From the sequence record NC_017969.1: a DNA stretch of 64,000 nt; one strand, given 5' to 3'. The translations under genes and the position numbers were made by a program. This document shows, one piece after another, positions 28,748 to 36,816 of the stretch (position 1 is the stretch's first letter; every line of letters starts with the position of its first letter). Source of the DNA: Escherichia phage vB_EcoS_AKFV33. The notes under the pieces are model-generated. The model was not told where the DNA came from, ran no database searches, and saw only the letters and a list, made by a program, of their open reading frames with translations.

Positions 28748-28912
28748 TTATTTCAACGGGATTTCTTTTTCAATAACAGGAGACTTATCAGTCATGACTG
28801 TCATTGCCATTTGTTGTAGAAATTCAAAGGTGAAGGCTACACGTTCTTCACCAATCTCTACTTCGACACGTTTCTTTTGTTTATCGATCTTGACTTTTAG
28901 GTTATCAGCCAT
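28748..28912 (-). CDS. small hypothetical protein (54 aa)
   Basis: unlisted ORF MADNLKVKIDKQKK... between tRNAs. Confidence 0.3.
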   Translation of the reverse strand: MADNLKVKIDKQKKRVEVEIGEERVAFTFEFLQQMAMTVMTDKSPVIEKEIPLK

Positions 28913-28928
28913 CTTCGGGTTCTCGTTG

Positions 28929-29126
28929 CTACGCTACTTCTAGCCAGTCTGGTAGAAGAAACTTTGTACGAAATTCTTCGTAAGTTTCTTTGGGATAAAA
29001 GCTAAAACCTCCTTTCTCGTCATTCAGGATAACAGAGCCGTCAGTTTGTTCGTATGCTCGGTATGTTTCTCCAATAACAATAACTCGTTTATCGGTACTT
29101 TTATTACGAAATTCAAAAACGTGCAT
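28929..29126 (-). CDS. hypothetical protein
   Basis: 65 aa ORF. Confidence 0.4.
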   Translation of the reverse strand: MHVFEFRNKSTDKRVIVIGETYRAYEQTDGSVILNDEKGGFSFYPKETYEEFRTKFLLPDWLEVA

Positions 29127-29142
29127 AACATTTCCTTAAAGT

Positions 29143-29218
29143 TGGAGCGGCTAGAGGGAATCGAACCCTACTCGGCGAGGCTTGGAAGGCCTGCGACACA
29201 ACCCGTGTGCTTAACCGC
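29143..29218 (-). tRNA. tRNA-Gly (anticodon TCC)
   Basis: anticodon loop CTTCCAA; T-loop TTCGATT; CCA encoded. Confidence 0.7.
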
Positions 29219-29226
29219 TTATTGTT

Positions 29227-29302
29227 TGGCTGGAGAAGGAGGAATCGAACCTACCATTAACGGAGTCAAAGGCCGTTGTGCTAACCGTTACACTACTCTC
29301 CA
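29227..29302 (-). tRNA. tRNA-Gln (anticodon TTG)
   Basis: anticodon loop CTTTGAC; CCA encoded. Confidence 0.7.
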
Positions 29303-29308
29303 ATTATT

Positions 29309-29384
29309 TGGCTGGAGTGCCTGGGATCGAACCAGGAACCTTCGGAGTCAGAGGCCGACGATCTGCCAATTGATCTACACTCCA
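29309..29384 (-). tRNA. tRNA-Gln (anticodon CTG)
   Basis: tandem paralog of previous; anticodon loop CTCTGAC; CCA encoded. Confidence 0.7.
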
Positions 29385-29396
29385 ATAATTTTTATT

Positions 29397-29591
29397 CTAC
29401 GGAAAAATTGTTGTTGGCTCAGATTCTTCTAAACGTTTGCCTTCATGATCTACTCGAATAACTCCGCATCCTTCGCAAATCACAACTGCACCATAACCTT
29501 CTTTGACCTCAGCTTCTGTAATCAAACCAGAAAGATCACCAGTATCTCTGCCCCACATATCAATGGAGCATTGTTTGCAGAAATCAGCCAT
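29397..29591 (-). CDS. small zinc-ribbon-like protein
   Basis: 64 aa; CKQC...CEGC. Confidence 0.4.
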   Translation of the reverse strand: MADFCKQCSIDMWGRDTGDLSGLITEAEVKEGYGAVVICEGCGVIRVDHEGKRLEESEPTTIFP

Positions 29592-29616
29592 ATTTTATTT
29601 CCTATTTAAGTTAATT

Positions 29617-29693
29617 TGGGGTGGCTAGTGGAATTCGAATCCACATAGGCCTGATTCACAATCAGGATCATTAACCAATTATGATATAGCCAC
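29617..29693 (-). tRNA. tRNA-His (anticodon GTG)
   Basis: anticodon stem CCTGA/TCAGG, loop TTGTGAA; C73 discriminator; no G at position -1 encoded. Confidence 0.75.
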
Positions 29694-29922
29694 AATTGAA
29701 AACTCGCAGGGTTAGCGAAACCTTCCTCAATTAGCATGTTCTAGAATACTAATCAAGTTATCTCCTATTGCACGCAGCTCAAGACGAGTACGAATTTTCA
29801 ATTGTGGCGGCTCTCAGAAACTCTTCTACTCTAGCCTTAGCAGCTTACTCCCGAACGCATGTCGGGGAAGTCTTACTAAGAGCTTCGAATAGCACCGTTA
29901 CACTTTGAGCCATAGATGTATC

Positions 29923-30054
29923 AAGAAGTAGAAGGACTTGAACCTTCACGAGATAGACCATTTATCTCAGCCGCTTTATGAGGTATGTTGCGGGGAGTGG
30001 ATGTTCCCCATAAACCTTTTAGGCAGCCCCGTCTACCAATTCCGGCATACTTCA
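29923..30054 (-). ncRNA. atypical tRNA-like element (T-arm-like hairpin with extra hairpins)
   Basis: T-arm GAAGG-ACTTGAA-CCTTC, 6/7 complementary acceptor-like ends ~130 nt apart; no canonical anticodon loop found. Confidence 0.25.
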
Positions 30055-30059
30055 AGATT

Positions 30060-30154
30060 TGGAGGTAGGTAAGGGGATCGAACCCTTACACCGTATCACT
30101 ACGATCAACCGATTTCAAGTCGGAGTCCAGCGCCAGCCATTGGATTGACCTACC
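30060..30154 (-). tRNA. tRNA-Ser (anticodon TGA), class II
   Basis: long variable arm; anticodon loop CTTGAAA; CCA encoded. Confidence 0.7.
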
Positions 30155-30165
30155 ATTAAGTTATT

Positions 30166-30256
30166 TGGCGGAAGAGGAGAGATTTGAACTCTCAAGCCGT
30201 TTTACCAGTCAGCCACTTTCCAAGTGGTTTTCGTCGCCAATTCGATTTGCTCTTCC
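30166..30256 (-). tRNA. tRNA-Ser (anticodon GGA), class II
   Basis: perfect 7-bp acceptor stem; anticodon loop TTGGAAA; long variable arm. Confidence 0.65.
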
Positions 30257-30292
30257 AATAATAAGATGATGCCTCTATCACACCAGGCAGTT

Positions 30293-30367
30293 ACGCCTCG
30301 CTGGGATTCGAACCCATTAAAACAGCTCAACCGAGATAGTAGGTTTAATTTACTCTGACCATCAAAT
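30293..30367 (-). ncRNA. tRNA-like fragment (T-arm and 3' acceptor half without matching 5' half)
   Basis: TTCGAAT T-loop with flanking stem, but no complementary acceptor 5' strand. Confidence 0.25.
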
Positions 30368-30368
30368 T

Positions 30369-30445
30369 TGGTGCGTGACAAGGGATTCGAACCCTCAAAA
30401 CCCGACTTCTAAGGACGGTATGTATGCCCATTCCATCAATCACGC
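30369..30445 (-). tRNA. tRNA with anticodon TAG (Leu-type anticodon, class-I architecture)
   Basis: anticodon loop CTTAGAA; short variable loop; A73 discriminator; CCA encoded. Confidence 0.6.
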
Positions 30446-30450
30446 GTATT

Positions 30451-30529
30451 TGGTGGAGAATAACGGAATCGAACCGTTCTGATGTCCTCGGTGCAAGCGA
30501 GGTGTCCACTCCATGCAGACCCATTCCCC
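30451..30529 (-). tRNA. tRNA-Ala (anticodon TGC)
   Basis: anticodon stem CCTCG/CGAGG, loop CTTGCAC; G3:U70 identity pair present. Confidence 0.75.
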
Positions 30530-30767
30530 AAATTCTTTAGTTTACTAAGGCTATTAGCTCGGCGTAACTACAGCACCTTCGCTTAGAGCGGAAGGAACTA
30601 CGTCATCTCGCAAACCCAATACACTATTCAGTTGCCGCTGAATCTAGTGGACCAATCTAGAACTTCTCCCGAATCGTAGGGATCGTGCTTTTTGGCAGCC
30701 AGTCCTAGGTCGAGCTAATACCTTAGTGAACTATGATGAGGATTTCTCCTCATCAATTTATATAAAT

Positions 30768-30797
30768 ATTATAACAAGAAATTAAGCATCAAGCAAG
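30768..30797 (-). promoter_or_regulatory. sigma70-type early promoter facing a non-coding island
   Basis: conserved promoter motif; only a 12-codon ORF, then ~200 nt of GC-richer non-coding sequence downstream. Confidence 0.45.
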
Positions 30798-31142
30798 TAC
30801 ATTTTTGCAGACTTCTTGTATTTCCTTAACATCGCTAATGAAAAGGTAATCGGAACTTCCAGAGTGCATACTAGACATTAGTACACCACTATCTGGTGCA
30901 TCTTCTTTTAACGTAATGCCTAACCAGAACTCGGCAAAACTAGGTGTTACCTCACCTTGACTTGCCTTGAATACATCGGCTTCTGTGATCTCCTGACCAG
31001 TAGAAAGTCCCATGTACGGTACGTTCAGATCAATATCTTTGTAGAACTCAGCTAAATCTTGTTCGAAGTCCCAACCTTTAGAGATAGCGAACTCCATTGT
31101 CACATGACCGAAATAACCTTGAATCTTGCTTGATAATTGCAT
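30789..31142 (-). CDS. hypothetical protein
   Basis: track ORF starts at a TTG (31148); first ATG at 31142. Confidence 0.45.
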   Translation of the reverse strand: MQLSSKIQGYFGHVTMEFAISKGWDFEQDLAEFYKDIDLNVPYMGLSTGQEITEADVFKASQGEVTPSFAEFWLGITLKEDAPDSGVLMSSMHSGSSDYLFISDVKEIQEVCKNVLA

Positions 31143-31167
31143 TTGCAATTCCTTATTTTGAGTTAAT

Positions 31168-31241
31168 TGGTACCCGGTGATAGAATCGAACTATCTCAAC
31201 CGCCATGTAAAGACGGGGTTCTCCCATTAAACTAACCGAGC
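31168..31241 (-). tRNA. tRNA-Val (anticodon TAC)
   Basis: anticodon loop TTTACAT; CCA encoded. Confidence 0.65.
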
Positions 31242-31245
31242 AAAT

Positions 31246-31324
31246 TGGTAGATCGCCTGGGACTTGAACCCAGAACCTTCCGATTAAAAGTCGGATGCTA
31301 CTAAACCTATTGAGCTAGCGATCT
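31246..31324 (-). tRNA. tRNA-Lys (anticodon TTT)
   Basis: perfect anticodon stem TCCGA/TCGGA, loop CTTTTAA; CCA encoded. Confidence 0.75.
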
Positions 31325-31513
31325 ATTAGTAACCATTGTATACTTCTTTAATAGAGTGAACTTTCAAGTAAGGGTGATTAGTACTAAACTCTGCCATTAC
31401 TTCATCCCAATTTCTACCATAATGAGCAAGTAAGGATTTTGATGTATTCTTACCTAAGCGTTTGTCACTTACTACTAATCGAAATACTTTCATTTCGAAA
31501 TCCTCTATTAAAA

Positions 31514-31591
31514 TGGAAGCGGGTGCAGGAATCGAACCTACCTCTTTCTAGCTTATGAGACTAGCGATCTCTACCAGAGATCTAACCCGCA
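31514..31591 (-). tRNA. tRNA-Met (anticodon CAT)
   Basis: anticodon loop CTCATAA; position 1:72 mismatch; CCA encoded. Confidence 0.7.
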
Positions 31592-31597
31592 ATTGTT

Positions 31598-31675
31598 TGG
31601 TCTCCGTGGGAGGATTTGAACCCCCGACCCTATCGCCCCAAACGAAACGCTCTGGCCAAACTGAGCTACACGGAG
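31598..31675 (-). tRNA. tRNA-Pro (anticodon TGG)
   Basis: perfect acceptor stem; anticodon loop TTTGGGG; CCA encoded. Confidence 0.75.
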
Positions 31676-31679
31676 AATA

Positions 31680-31838
31680 TTATTTCTTCAACCACAACAA
31701 AGATAAGCCAAGCATACTAAAGCCACTAACTAATCCGATACATTTTTCTTCTATAGTAAAAGTATCTAGATTAAATGCTGTTATAGCTATTGGCATACAC
31801 CATAATGCCATAAAAACTTGAGCTATCTTGTGTTTCAT
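31680..31838 (-). CDS. small membrane protein (52 aa)
   Basis: unlisted ORF MKHKIAQVFMALWCMPIAITAF... directly downstream of early promoter. Confidence 0.3.
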   Translation of the reverse strand: MKHKIAQVFMALWCMPIAITAFNLDTFTIEEKCIGLVSGFSMLGLSLLWLKK

Positions 31839-31870
31839 TTTGCTTTCCTTCTCTTCACTTTATAAAATAT

Positions 31871-31900
31871 ATTATACAGATAGTTAAGCAGAATAGCAAA
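31871..31900 (-). promoter_or_regulatory. sigma70-type early promoter
   Basis: ATTATACAG..AGCAAATGAATTTTT motif. Confidence 0.5.
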
Positions 31901-32048
31901 TGAATTTTTAATAAATTTACTTATTGTGTAGGCCACCTGGAGGCTACCAACCCCACGGCTGACAAAGAAGTTTGCGAGACCTCTCTTAAATGCCAGAATA
32001 GACCCGCCGATCTATCGGAACCTACATAATAAGTAAACTTTATAGTGT

Positions 32049-32169
32049 CATTCTAGACAGGACTCGAACCTGTTATCACTTGTGCGGACTTACGAGAACC
32101 ATTCTTTCACTCGAATCGAACGAGCTTCTGCCCTCGCCAAGCTGGTTTCCCCACCAACCACGCTAGAAT
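32049..32169 (-). ncRNA. long tRNA-like RNA (~121 nt): perfect 7-bp acceptor-like stem, D-arm, T-arm and an extra internal TTCGATT hairpin
   Basis: ATTCTAG/CTAGAAT ends, T-arm ACAGG-TTCGAGT-CCTGT; no canonical anticodon loop. Confidence 0.35.
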
Positions 32170-32291
32170 GTTTGATTGTTTTCAGTGCAAGAGTCCGAGT
32201 CTTGGACACGACCGCTTTGCAAGTACATAGGCAGCTTATCATGAGTCAGCACTTCCGAATTGCTAGCTCCGTGTTCTGCACTGAAATTTTA

Positions 32292-32639
32292 TTAGTTTAA
32301 CCTTAAAGTATTATCTACTTCACCATTAATTGTTCGGCATTCCTCTGGAATTGCTGGAGTAGCCTTGTATTCCCACCACTCAGCTCCATCATATTCCCCA
32401 CGTTCTAGCCAGGTTCCATCGGCAAACCATACATTACCATAAAGTAGTTGTCCACCATAACCAGAATCATACTCAAAGTCTAGGTTATTAAGAAAATCCC
32501 CAATATCTTCTTCTGTATACCCCAGAGGTAATACCCAAACTTTTTTGTCCCCATAATACCCGAATTCTATTTTAATACACTTAACTTCAGAATTAGTATT
32601 TTTTAAGGCAAGTAACAACTCTTCTTTAGCATTACGCAT
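32292..32639 (-). CDS. hypothetical protein
   Basis: 115 aa ORF. Confidence 0.45.
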   Translation of the reverse strand: MRNAKEELLLALKNTNSEVKCIKIEFGYYGDKKVWVLPLGYTEEDIGDFLNNLDFEYDSGYGGQLLYGNVWFADGTWLERGEYDGAEWWEYKATPAIPEECRTINGEVDNTLRLN

Positions 32640-32665
32640 AGTATATTTCTCGTGCTAGTTTAGTT

Positions 32666-32741
32666 TGGTACACCCACTAGGACTTGAACCTAGAACCCTC
32701 CGCTTAAGAGGCGGTAGCTCTAACCATTGAGCTATGGATGT
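32666..32741 (-). tRNA. tRNA-Lys (anticodon CTT)
   Basis: anticodon loop CTCTTAA; CCA encoded. Confidence 0.65.
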
Positions 32742-32918
32742 ATTAAATTACTTTTTCCAGTTCATCAGCTATGGCTTTGATTTTTTCAAAGTTTACATCA
32801 CTAATAATGATACCTTCTAGTGACAGAGATATTCTAGCATTTTTCGTAGCAGATTCTTTTATCTGCTCTATCTCTTCTGGAGTAAACTCTCTACGTTCCA
32901 TAGCTAACCTACCTTATT

Positions 32919-32995
32919 TGGCGCGACCGATGGGATTTGAACCCACATTCCCTCCCGTGACAGGGGAGTACCATTACCAAGCCAGCCCCGGTCGC
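32919..32995 (-). tRNA. tRNA-Asp (anticodon GTC)
   Basis: perfect acceptor and anticodon stems; loop CTGTCAC; position cross-checked against ORF-track frame. Confidence 0.8.
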
Positions 32996-33004
32996 ATAAT
33001 TCAT

Positions 33005-33190
33005 TTACTCAGCTTTGAGTTTTTCAATAGCTGCATTAAGTTCTTTAAGAAACTCTTTTCGTACATTAAGACGGTTGAGACTTACTAGTATATCATGTTT
33101 AAGTTCTTCGATGTATTTCTTCTCAACTTCAATATTGTTGATAGTGCTATCACGATGAACTTCTAGCTGCGCAATTACATTCTTGGACAT
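33005..33190 (-). CDS. hypothetical coiled-coil protein
   Basis: 61 aa ORF. Confidence 0.4.
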   Translation of the reverse strand: MSKNVIAQLEVHRDSTINNIEVEKKYIEELKHDILVSLNRLNVRKEFLKELNAAIEKLKAE

Positions 33191-33292
33191 GCTTGTTTCC
33201 TCAGTTATTAATGAAAATGGTATCTGTGGCTGAATTCGATGTCAGCAATGATAGCTGGTTGGCTACCGGTTTACTTAACTCTACACAGAATT

Positions 33293-33375
33293 TGGCGGGC
33301 CGTGTAGGATTCGAACCTACGTTGTCTTTCGACATGGATTAACAGTCCACCGCCAAACCGCTTGGCTAACGACCC
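33293..33375 (-). tRNA. tRNA-Asn (anticodon GTT) with extended variable region
   Basis: D-stem GCCA/TGGC, anticodon loop CTGTTAA; 83 nt. Confidence 0.6.
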
Positions 33376-33381
33376 TGAATT

Positions 33382-33456
33382 TGGAGCACCCTGCTGGAAT
33401 TGAACCAACCTAGACGATTTTGCAGACCGTCACCTAAGCCACTCGGACAAGGATGC
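33382..33456 (-). tRNA. tRNA-Cys (anticodon GCA)
   Basis: anticodon loop CTGCAAA; CCA encoded. Confidence 0.65.
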
Positions 33457-33458
33457 AA

Positions 33459-33647
33459 TTATTCTTTATCTTCCGGCCATGAAAAGTGGATTAGATTTGC
33501 TGGCCCAAGAGTCCTGCAATAATATCCATCACCATGATCATAACCACATGTTCCACATTCACACATCTTAAATTCACCAAACTTAGTGAATAAGATTTCT
33601 GTGTCACAACAGTCGAACTTAACTAATTTAGCTTTTGGCTTCTTCAT
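33459..33647 (-). CDS. Cys-rich small protein
   Basis: 62 aa; CCDTE..CECGTCGYDHGDGYYC. Confidence 0.4.
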   Translation of the reverse strand: MKKPKAKLVKFDCCDTEILFTKFGEFKMCECGTCGYDHGDGYYCRTLGPANLIHFSWPEDKE

Positions 33648-33886
33648 TTAACACGCTCCGGTAGATCTTCGAGGTTATATTCCGTTGCTACACCAGCAGC
33701 ATCTAATAGTAAACCCATATGTTTAAGGATTTTAGTGATAGATTCACCTTCTGCTTCTTCTACAAAAGAACGTAGATGAACAAAGTCAATACCCCCATCC
33801 ATACCAGAGAAAATGTTTAGTAAGCGGAGCATTACCAGCTTACGTTCATTCAATTCTTGTTCTGTCATGTTGCTTCTCCAGTTCAA
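33644..33886 (-). CDS. hypothetical protein
   Basis: 80 aa ORF; early promoter upstream. Confidence 0.4.
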   Translation of the reverse strand: MNWRSNMTEQELNERKLVMLRLLNIFSGMDGGIDFVHLRSFVEEAEGESITKILKHMGLLLDAAGVATEYNLEDLPERVK

Positions 33887-33918
33887 TTTATGTAATTATT
33901 ATACAGAACTTTTGGAAA

Positions 33919-34206
33919 CTAAGCAACTACATTTTTTAAGAATTTGATACCTTTCTTTTTCTTCTTATATTTCCACGTTAATGGATTCTGTCGATTGTGA
34001 ACGCTTGAGATCTTTGTCTCGTCAAAGTTCTTCAATATCATGTAATCACAGGATAATTGTTCTAATGGAATGTGATTACCGTCAAAAGCATATACATAAG
34101 GCTGTTGACTAGCACGATAATGATAGACTTTGTTAATTCTACGTTTCAGCGACTTATCCGCGCAGTAAATAAAGAAGTTTTCAGGATGCATCAGCAGCTC
34201 CTTCAA
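33919..34206 (-). CDS. hypothetical protein
   Basis: 95 aa ORF (TTG start in track). Confidence 0.4.
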   Translation of the reverse strand: MKELLMHPENFFIYCADKSLKRRINKVYHYRASQQPYVYAFDGNHIPLEQLSCDYMILKNFDETKISSVHNRQNPLTWKYKKKKKGIKFLKNVVA

Positions 34207-34208
34207 TT

Positions 34209-34284
34209 TGGTGCACCCTGTTCGTATCGAACGAACCTCTCAAGCTCTTCAGGCAAGCGCTAATCCATCTCAGCTAAAGGTGCA
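34209..34284 (-). tRNA. tRNA-Phe (anticodon GAA), tentative
   Basis: anticodon loop CTGAAGA with weak stem; T-stem GTTCG/CGAAC. Confidence 0.5.
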
Positions 34285-34289
34285 AATTT

Positions 34290-34366
34290 TGGCAAACCTA
34301 CTAGGACTCGAACCTAGACCGTACGGTTTTGGAGACCGACATGCTGTCCAGTAACACTCTAGGAAT
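34290..34366 (-). tRNA. tRNA-Trp (anticodon CCA)
   Basis: anticodon loop CTCCAAA; two mismatches in acceptor stem. Confidence 0.7.
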
Positions 34367-34374
34367 GCAGAAAT

Positions 34375-34451
34375 TGGCGTCCTGTGCGGGGATCGAACCC
34401 GCAAATCCTACCTTGAAAGGGTAGTGACTTTACCAGTTTGTCTAACAGGGC
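34375..34451 (-). tRNA. tRNA-Glu (anticodon TTC)
   Basis: perfect anticodon stem CTACC/GGTAG, loop CTTTCAA. Confidence 0.75.
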
Positions 34452-34458
34452 TTAAATT

Positions 34459-34549
34459 TGGTGTTGGATGATGGAGTCGAACCACCCGAGACCCTTCCGA
34501 GTCGGCAGATTTACAGTCTGCTTCGCTACCTCTACGATACTAATCCAAC
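34459..34549 (-). tRNA. tRNA-Tyr (anticodon GTA), class II
   Basis: perfect acceptor and anticodon stems (GCAGA/TCTGC), loop CTGTAAA, long variable arm. Confidence 0.8.
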
Positions 34550-34677
34550 ATATTTAAAAATACTAAAATACTAGTTTAAACACTTTTAAATATGTTTCCA
34601 AATTAGATAACTATTATACCAAGTTTTAAGGCACTGAGCAAGTCAAATTTTAAAGAACTTGCTCAGTGCTGTATTAG

Positions 34678-34953
34678 TTAGTCGAACTTAGGAGTGACAG
34701 CTAAGGAGAATGGAAGTTCGAAAACTTCTTCACCCTCATCACTAACAGTAATTACACGGCCTTTAAGTTCAGACATTGAAATATCAATATCAGCTTTTGC
34801 ATCTGGAGCCATTCCAGCTTCAACACATTTAGCTTTAACTTCCGGCAGAAGTTCTACATCGTAGAAATAAAGCCATTCAATCTCACCTTCCCAGCCTTCC
34901 CAGGATTTACAGATTGCACTTTCAATACCAGTTGCTATAACACGATTTTGCAT
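34678..34953 (-). CDS. hypothetical protein
   Basis: 91 aa ORF. Confidence 0.45.
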   Translation of the reverse strand: MQNRVIATGIESAICKSWEGWEGEIEWLYFYDVELLPEVKAKCVEAGMAPDAKADIDISMSELKGRVITVSDEGEEVFELPFSLAVTPKFD

Positions 34954-35043
34954 TAGTTAACTCCTTCATCAATTTATATAACTATTATATCAGAAATTTA
35001 AAGCAAAAGGCAAGTACATTTTTAAAAATTCTATTTGGAGGAG

Positions 35044-35250
35044 CTAAACTCCAGATTCTTCAGCCAAGTCTAGACTAATAAGAGATATAGCCATAATTGC
35101 TGCTGTGTGCTCTTTTTCTCCAGTCTCTTTAGCTAGAGTTATAATATCAAGAATTTGCTTATGAAAGTCTGCAACCTCTTGAGTCATACCTGCTTCAGCA
35201 ATCATGCCTTTAAGCATGAAACGTTGTGCGGTAATTTCAGGATTAGCCAT
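35044..35250 (-). CDS. hypothetical protein
   Basis: 68 aa ORF. Confidence 0.4.
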   Translation of the reverse strand: MANPEITAQRFMLKGMIAEAGMTQEVADFHKQILDIITLAKETGEKEHTAAIMAISLISLDLAEESGV

Positions 35251-35425
35251 GTTGTTTCTCCAGTTTCATCTTTAATAGTCTACAAATAAAATCAATGTCT
35301 TCATCCGTGCCTAAATCTCTATCTTCAAGAGTTGCCTTGAAGTTTTTAGTCAATTCCATGAGGATAACTTCTCTAGAACGACGTGTTGGCGGAGGTGGAG
35401 GTCTATACATCTTATTTCCTTAATT

Positions 35426-35502
35426 TGGTAGGGGTGGTGGGATTCGAACCCACAAAACCTGAATTTTAAGTCCAGTACCTATGCCAATTCGATTACACCC
35501 CC
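35426..35502 (-). tRNA. tRNA with anticodon TAA (Leu-type anticodon, class-I architecture)
   Basis: anticodon stem CTGGA/TTCAG, loop CTTAAAA; A73; CCA encoded. Confidence 0.6.
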
Positions 35503-35603
35503 GTGTAATCAGTTTATTAGTTGATACATATTATAGCCTAGTGAAAATCCTACTACTAGTCCCACAAACCAACCAATATAATAATCTTTTAGTTTCACAG
35601 ATA

Positions 35604-35789
35604 TTACCCTCTTTCAATATCTAGAGAAATACCACAGTTAGGATTAATACCTGTACCATTGCAATTTGGGCAAACCCAGATATTGCAAAAAGTATCTCCT
35701 GCTTCTGCATCAGAACTTTCACCAATTCCCCTACACTCAGGGCAGGCACATTCTTCTAGCTCTTGCTTGAGTTCTTGAAACTTGGACAT
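35604..35789 (-). CDS. DnaJ-type zinc-finger small protein
   Basis: 61 aa; CPECRGIG and CPNCNGTG repeats. Confidence 0.45.
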   Translation of the reverse strand: MSKFQELKQELEECACPECRGIGESSDAEAGDTFCNIWVCPNCNGTGINPNCGISLDIERG

Positions 35790-35798
35790 ATAGTCTCC

Positions 35799-35987
35799 TT
35801 AGTCAATTACTTTTGAGGCCTCAAGGTAGTCGATATAGTGTACGTTTTCTACCGTAATCATATAATCTGCCACTTTATCCATAGCTTGGGCTTCAGAGGT
35901 AGCTCTGGCTAACCTATATCCTTTTTTATATTCATCAGGGTATTCTCTATCTTGAATAAACACAACATAAACTATGTATAATTCCAC
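35799..35987 (-). CDS. small hypothetical protein
   Basis: track ORF 35799-36134 reads through a tRNA gene; trimmed to GTG with SD AGGGGA. Confidence 0.35.
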   Translation of the reverse strand: MELYIVYVVFIQDREYPDEYKKGYRLARATSEAQAMDKVADYMITVENVHYIDYLEASKVID

Positions 35988-36007
35988 TTGTAATCCCCTA
36001 ATTAAGT

Positions 36008-36085
36008 TGGTGGCTCCCCGAGGATTCGAACCTACGTACCTTCCAGTTATGAGCTGGGTGCTCATACCATATGAGCTTGAGAACC
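36008..36085 (-). tRNA. tRNA-Met or Ile2 (anticodon CAT)
   Basis: D-stem GCTC/GAGC, anticodon loop CTCATAA; position cross-checked against ORF-track frame. Confidence 0.65.
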
Positions 36086-36091
36086 AGAATT

Positions 36092-36180
36092 TGGCGGAAG
36101 AAGTGGGAATCGAACCCACAAGGCTATATTTCAAACCGACAGATTAGCAATCTGCTGCAATACCGTTATGCTATTCTTCC
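36092..36180 (-). tRNA. tRNA-Ser (anticodon GCT), class II
   Basis: perfect 7-bp acceptor stem; anticodon loop TTGCTAA; long variable arm. Confidence 0.75.
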
Positions 36181-36201
36181 GAATTTATAAGATATATTAT
36201 A

Positions 36202-36720
36202 TTAGAAATTTAGCTTCATAGCAAGAAAATTTTTCAAGTTTTCGGTAGACATCTCATCCACATCTACAGGAGAAACAAAGCCGTTTAATTTTCTAGCAAA
36301 TTTTTCACCCGCAGGATCGTTATTCCCGACAGCTACCAATTTAAAAGGTAATAATTTCAGTTGCTTTAATAACGCTTTTCCTGGAGAAGAACCCAACATT
36401 GCTAGGGCTGGATAACCAGCGTTATGTAACGCAACTGCCTTAAATACAGATTCAGCGATCAATACTACTTTTTCATCTCCATTGAGAGTTTCTAATCCCC
36501 ATACACACTGGGTAGTAGAATAGGTAAAATATTTAGCTTCAAAGGGACACTTACCATGACCTTTTGGAGCAGAAGGATTATAAGTTTGATAGCCTCTCAA
36601 CATCCCAGAGAAATCATACAACGGGACTGTTAGCCATCCTTCCGGACTTAACCAGCAATGATATTTATCTGCATCAAATCCTCTAGATAGAAGATGTTGT
36701 GTTAATTCATCAACACCCAT
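36202..36720 (-). CDS. small TOPRIM-like domain protein
   Basis: 172 aa; VVLIAESVFKA..YPALAMLGSS..LVAVGNNDPAGEKFARKL resembles the TOPRIM acidic motif arrangement; call is low-certainty. Confidence 0.5.
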   Translation of the reverse strand: MGVDELTQHLLSRGFDADKYHCWLSPEGWLTVPLYDFSGMLRGYQTYNPSAPKGHGKCPFEAKYFTYSTTQCVWGLETLNGDEKVVLIAESVFKAVALHNAGYPALAMLGSSPGKALLKQLKLLPFKLVAVGNNDPAGEKFARKLNGFVSPVDVDEMSTENLKNFLAMKLNF

Positions 36721-36816
36721 GTTTAATCTCCTAGTTAGTTTTATAATTACATTATATAGAAAAGCCCTGCGCTCTCCAGGAAACGCAGGGCTTACTTTAG
36801 ATGTTACATGCGGGTA

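Noticed and set aside
29923-30054. Canonical class-II tRNA (possible long-arm tRNA-Leu) at the acceptor/T-arm-like element
   Set aside because: Span between acceptor-like ends is about 130 nt and no anticodon loop with U33/R37 flanked by a stem could be found; kept only as a low-confidence tRNA-like element.
29046-33088. Plus-strand ORFs 29046-29432, 31555-31821, 32082-32300 and 32771-33088
   Set aside because: They run straight through minus-strand tRNA genes (translations contain GFEPT/GIEP-type segments from T-arms) and lack promoters or SD sequences; treated as spurious.
35799-36134. Track ORF 35799-36134 as a 111-aa protein
   Set aside because: Its first ~40 codons are the reverse complement of a tRNA gene (36008-36085); only the 3' portion from a GTG with an SD is retained as a possible small CDS.
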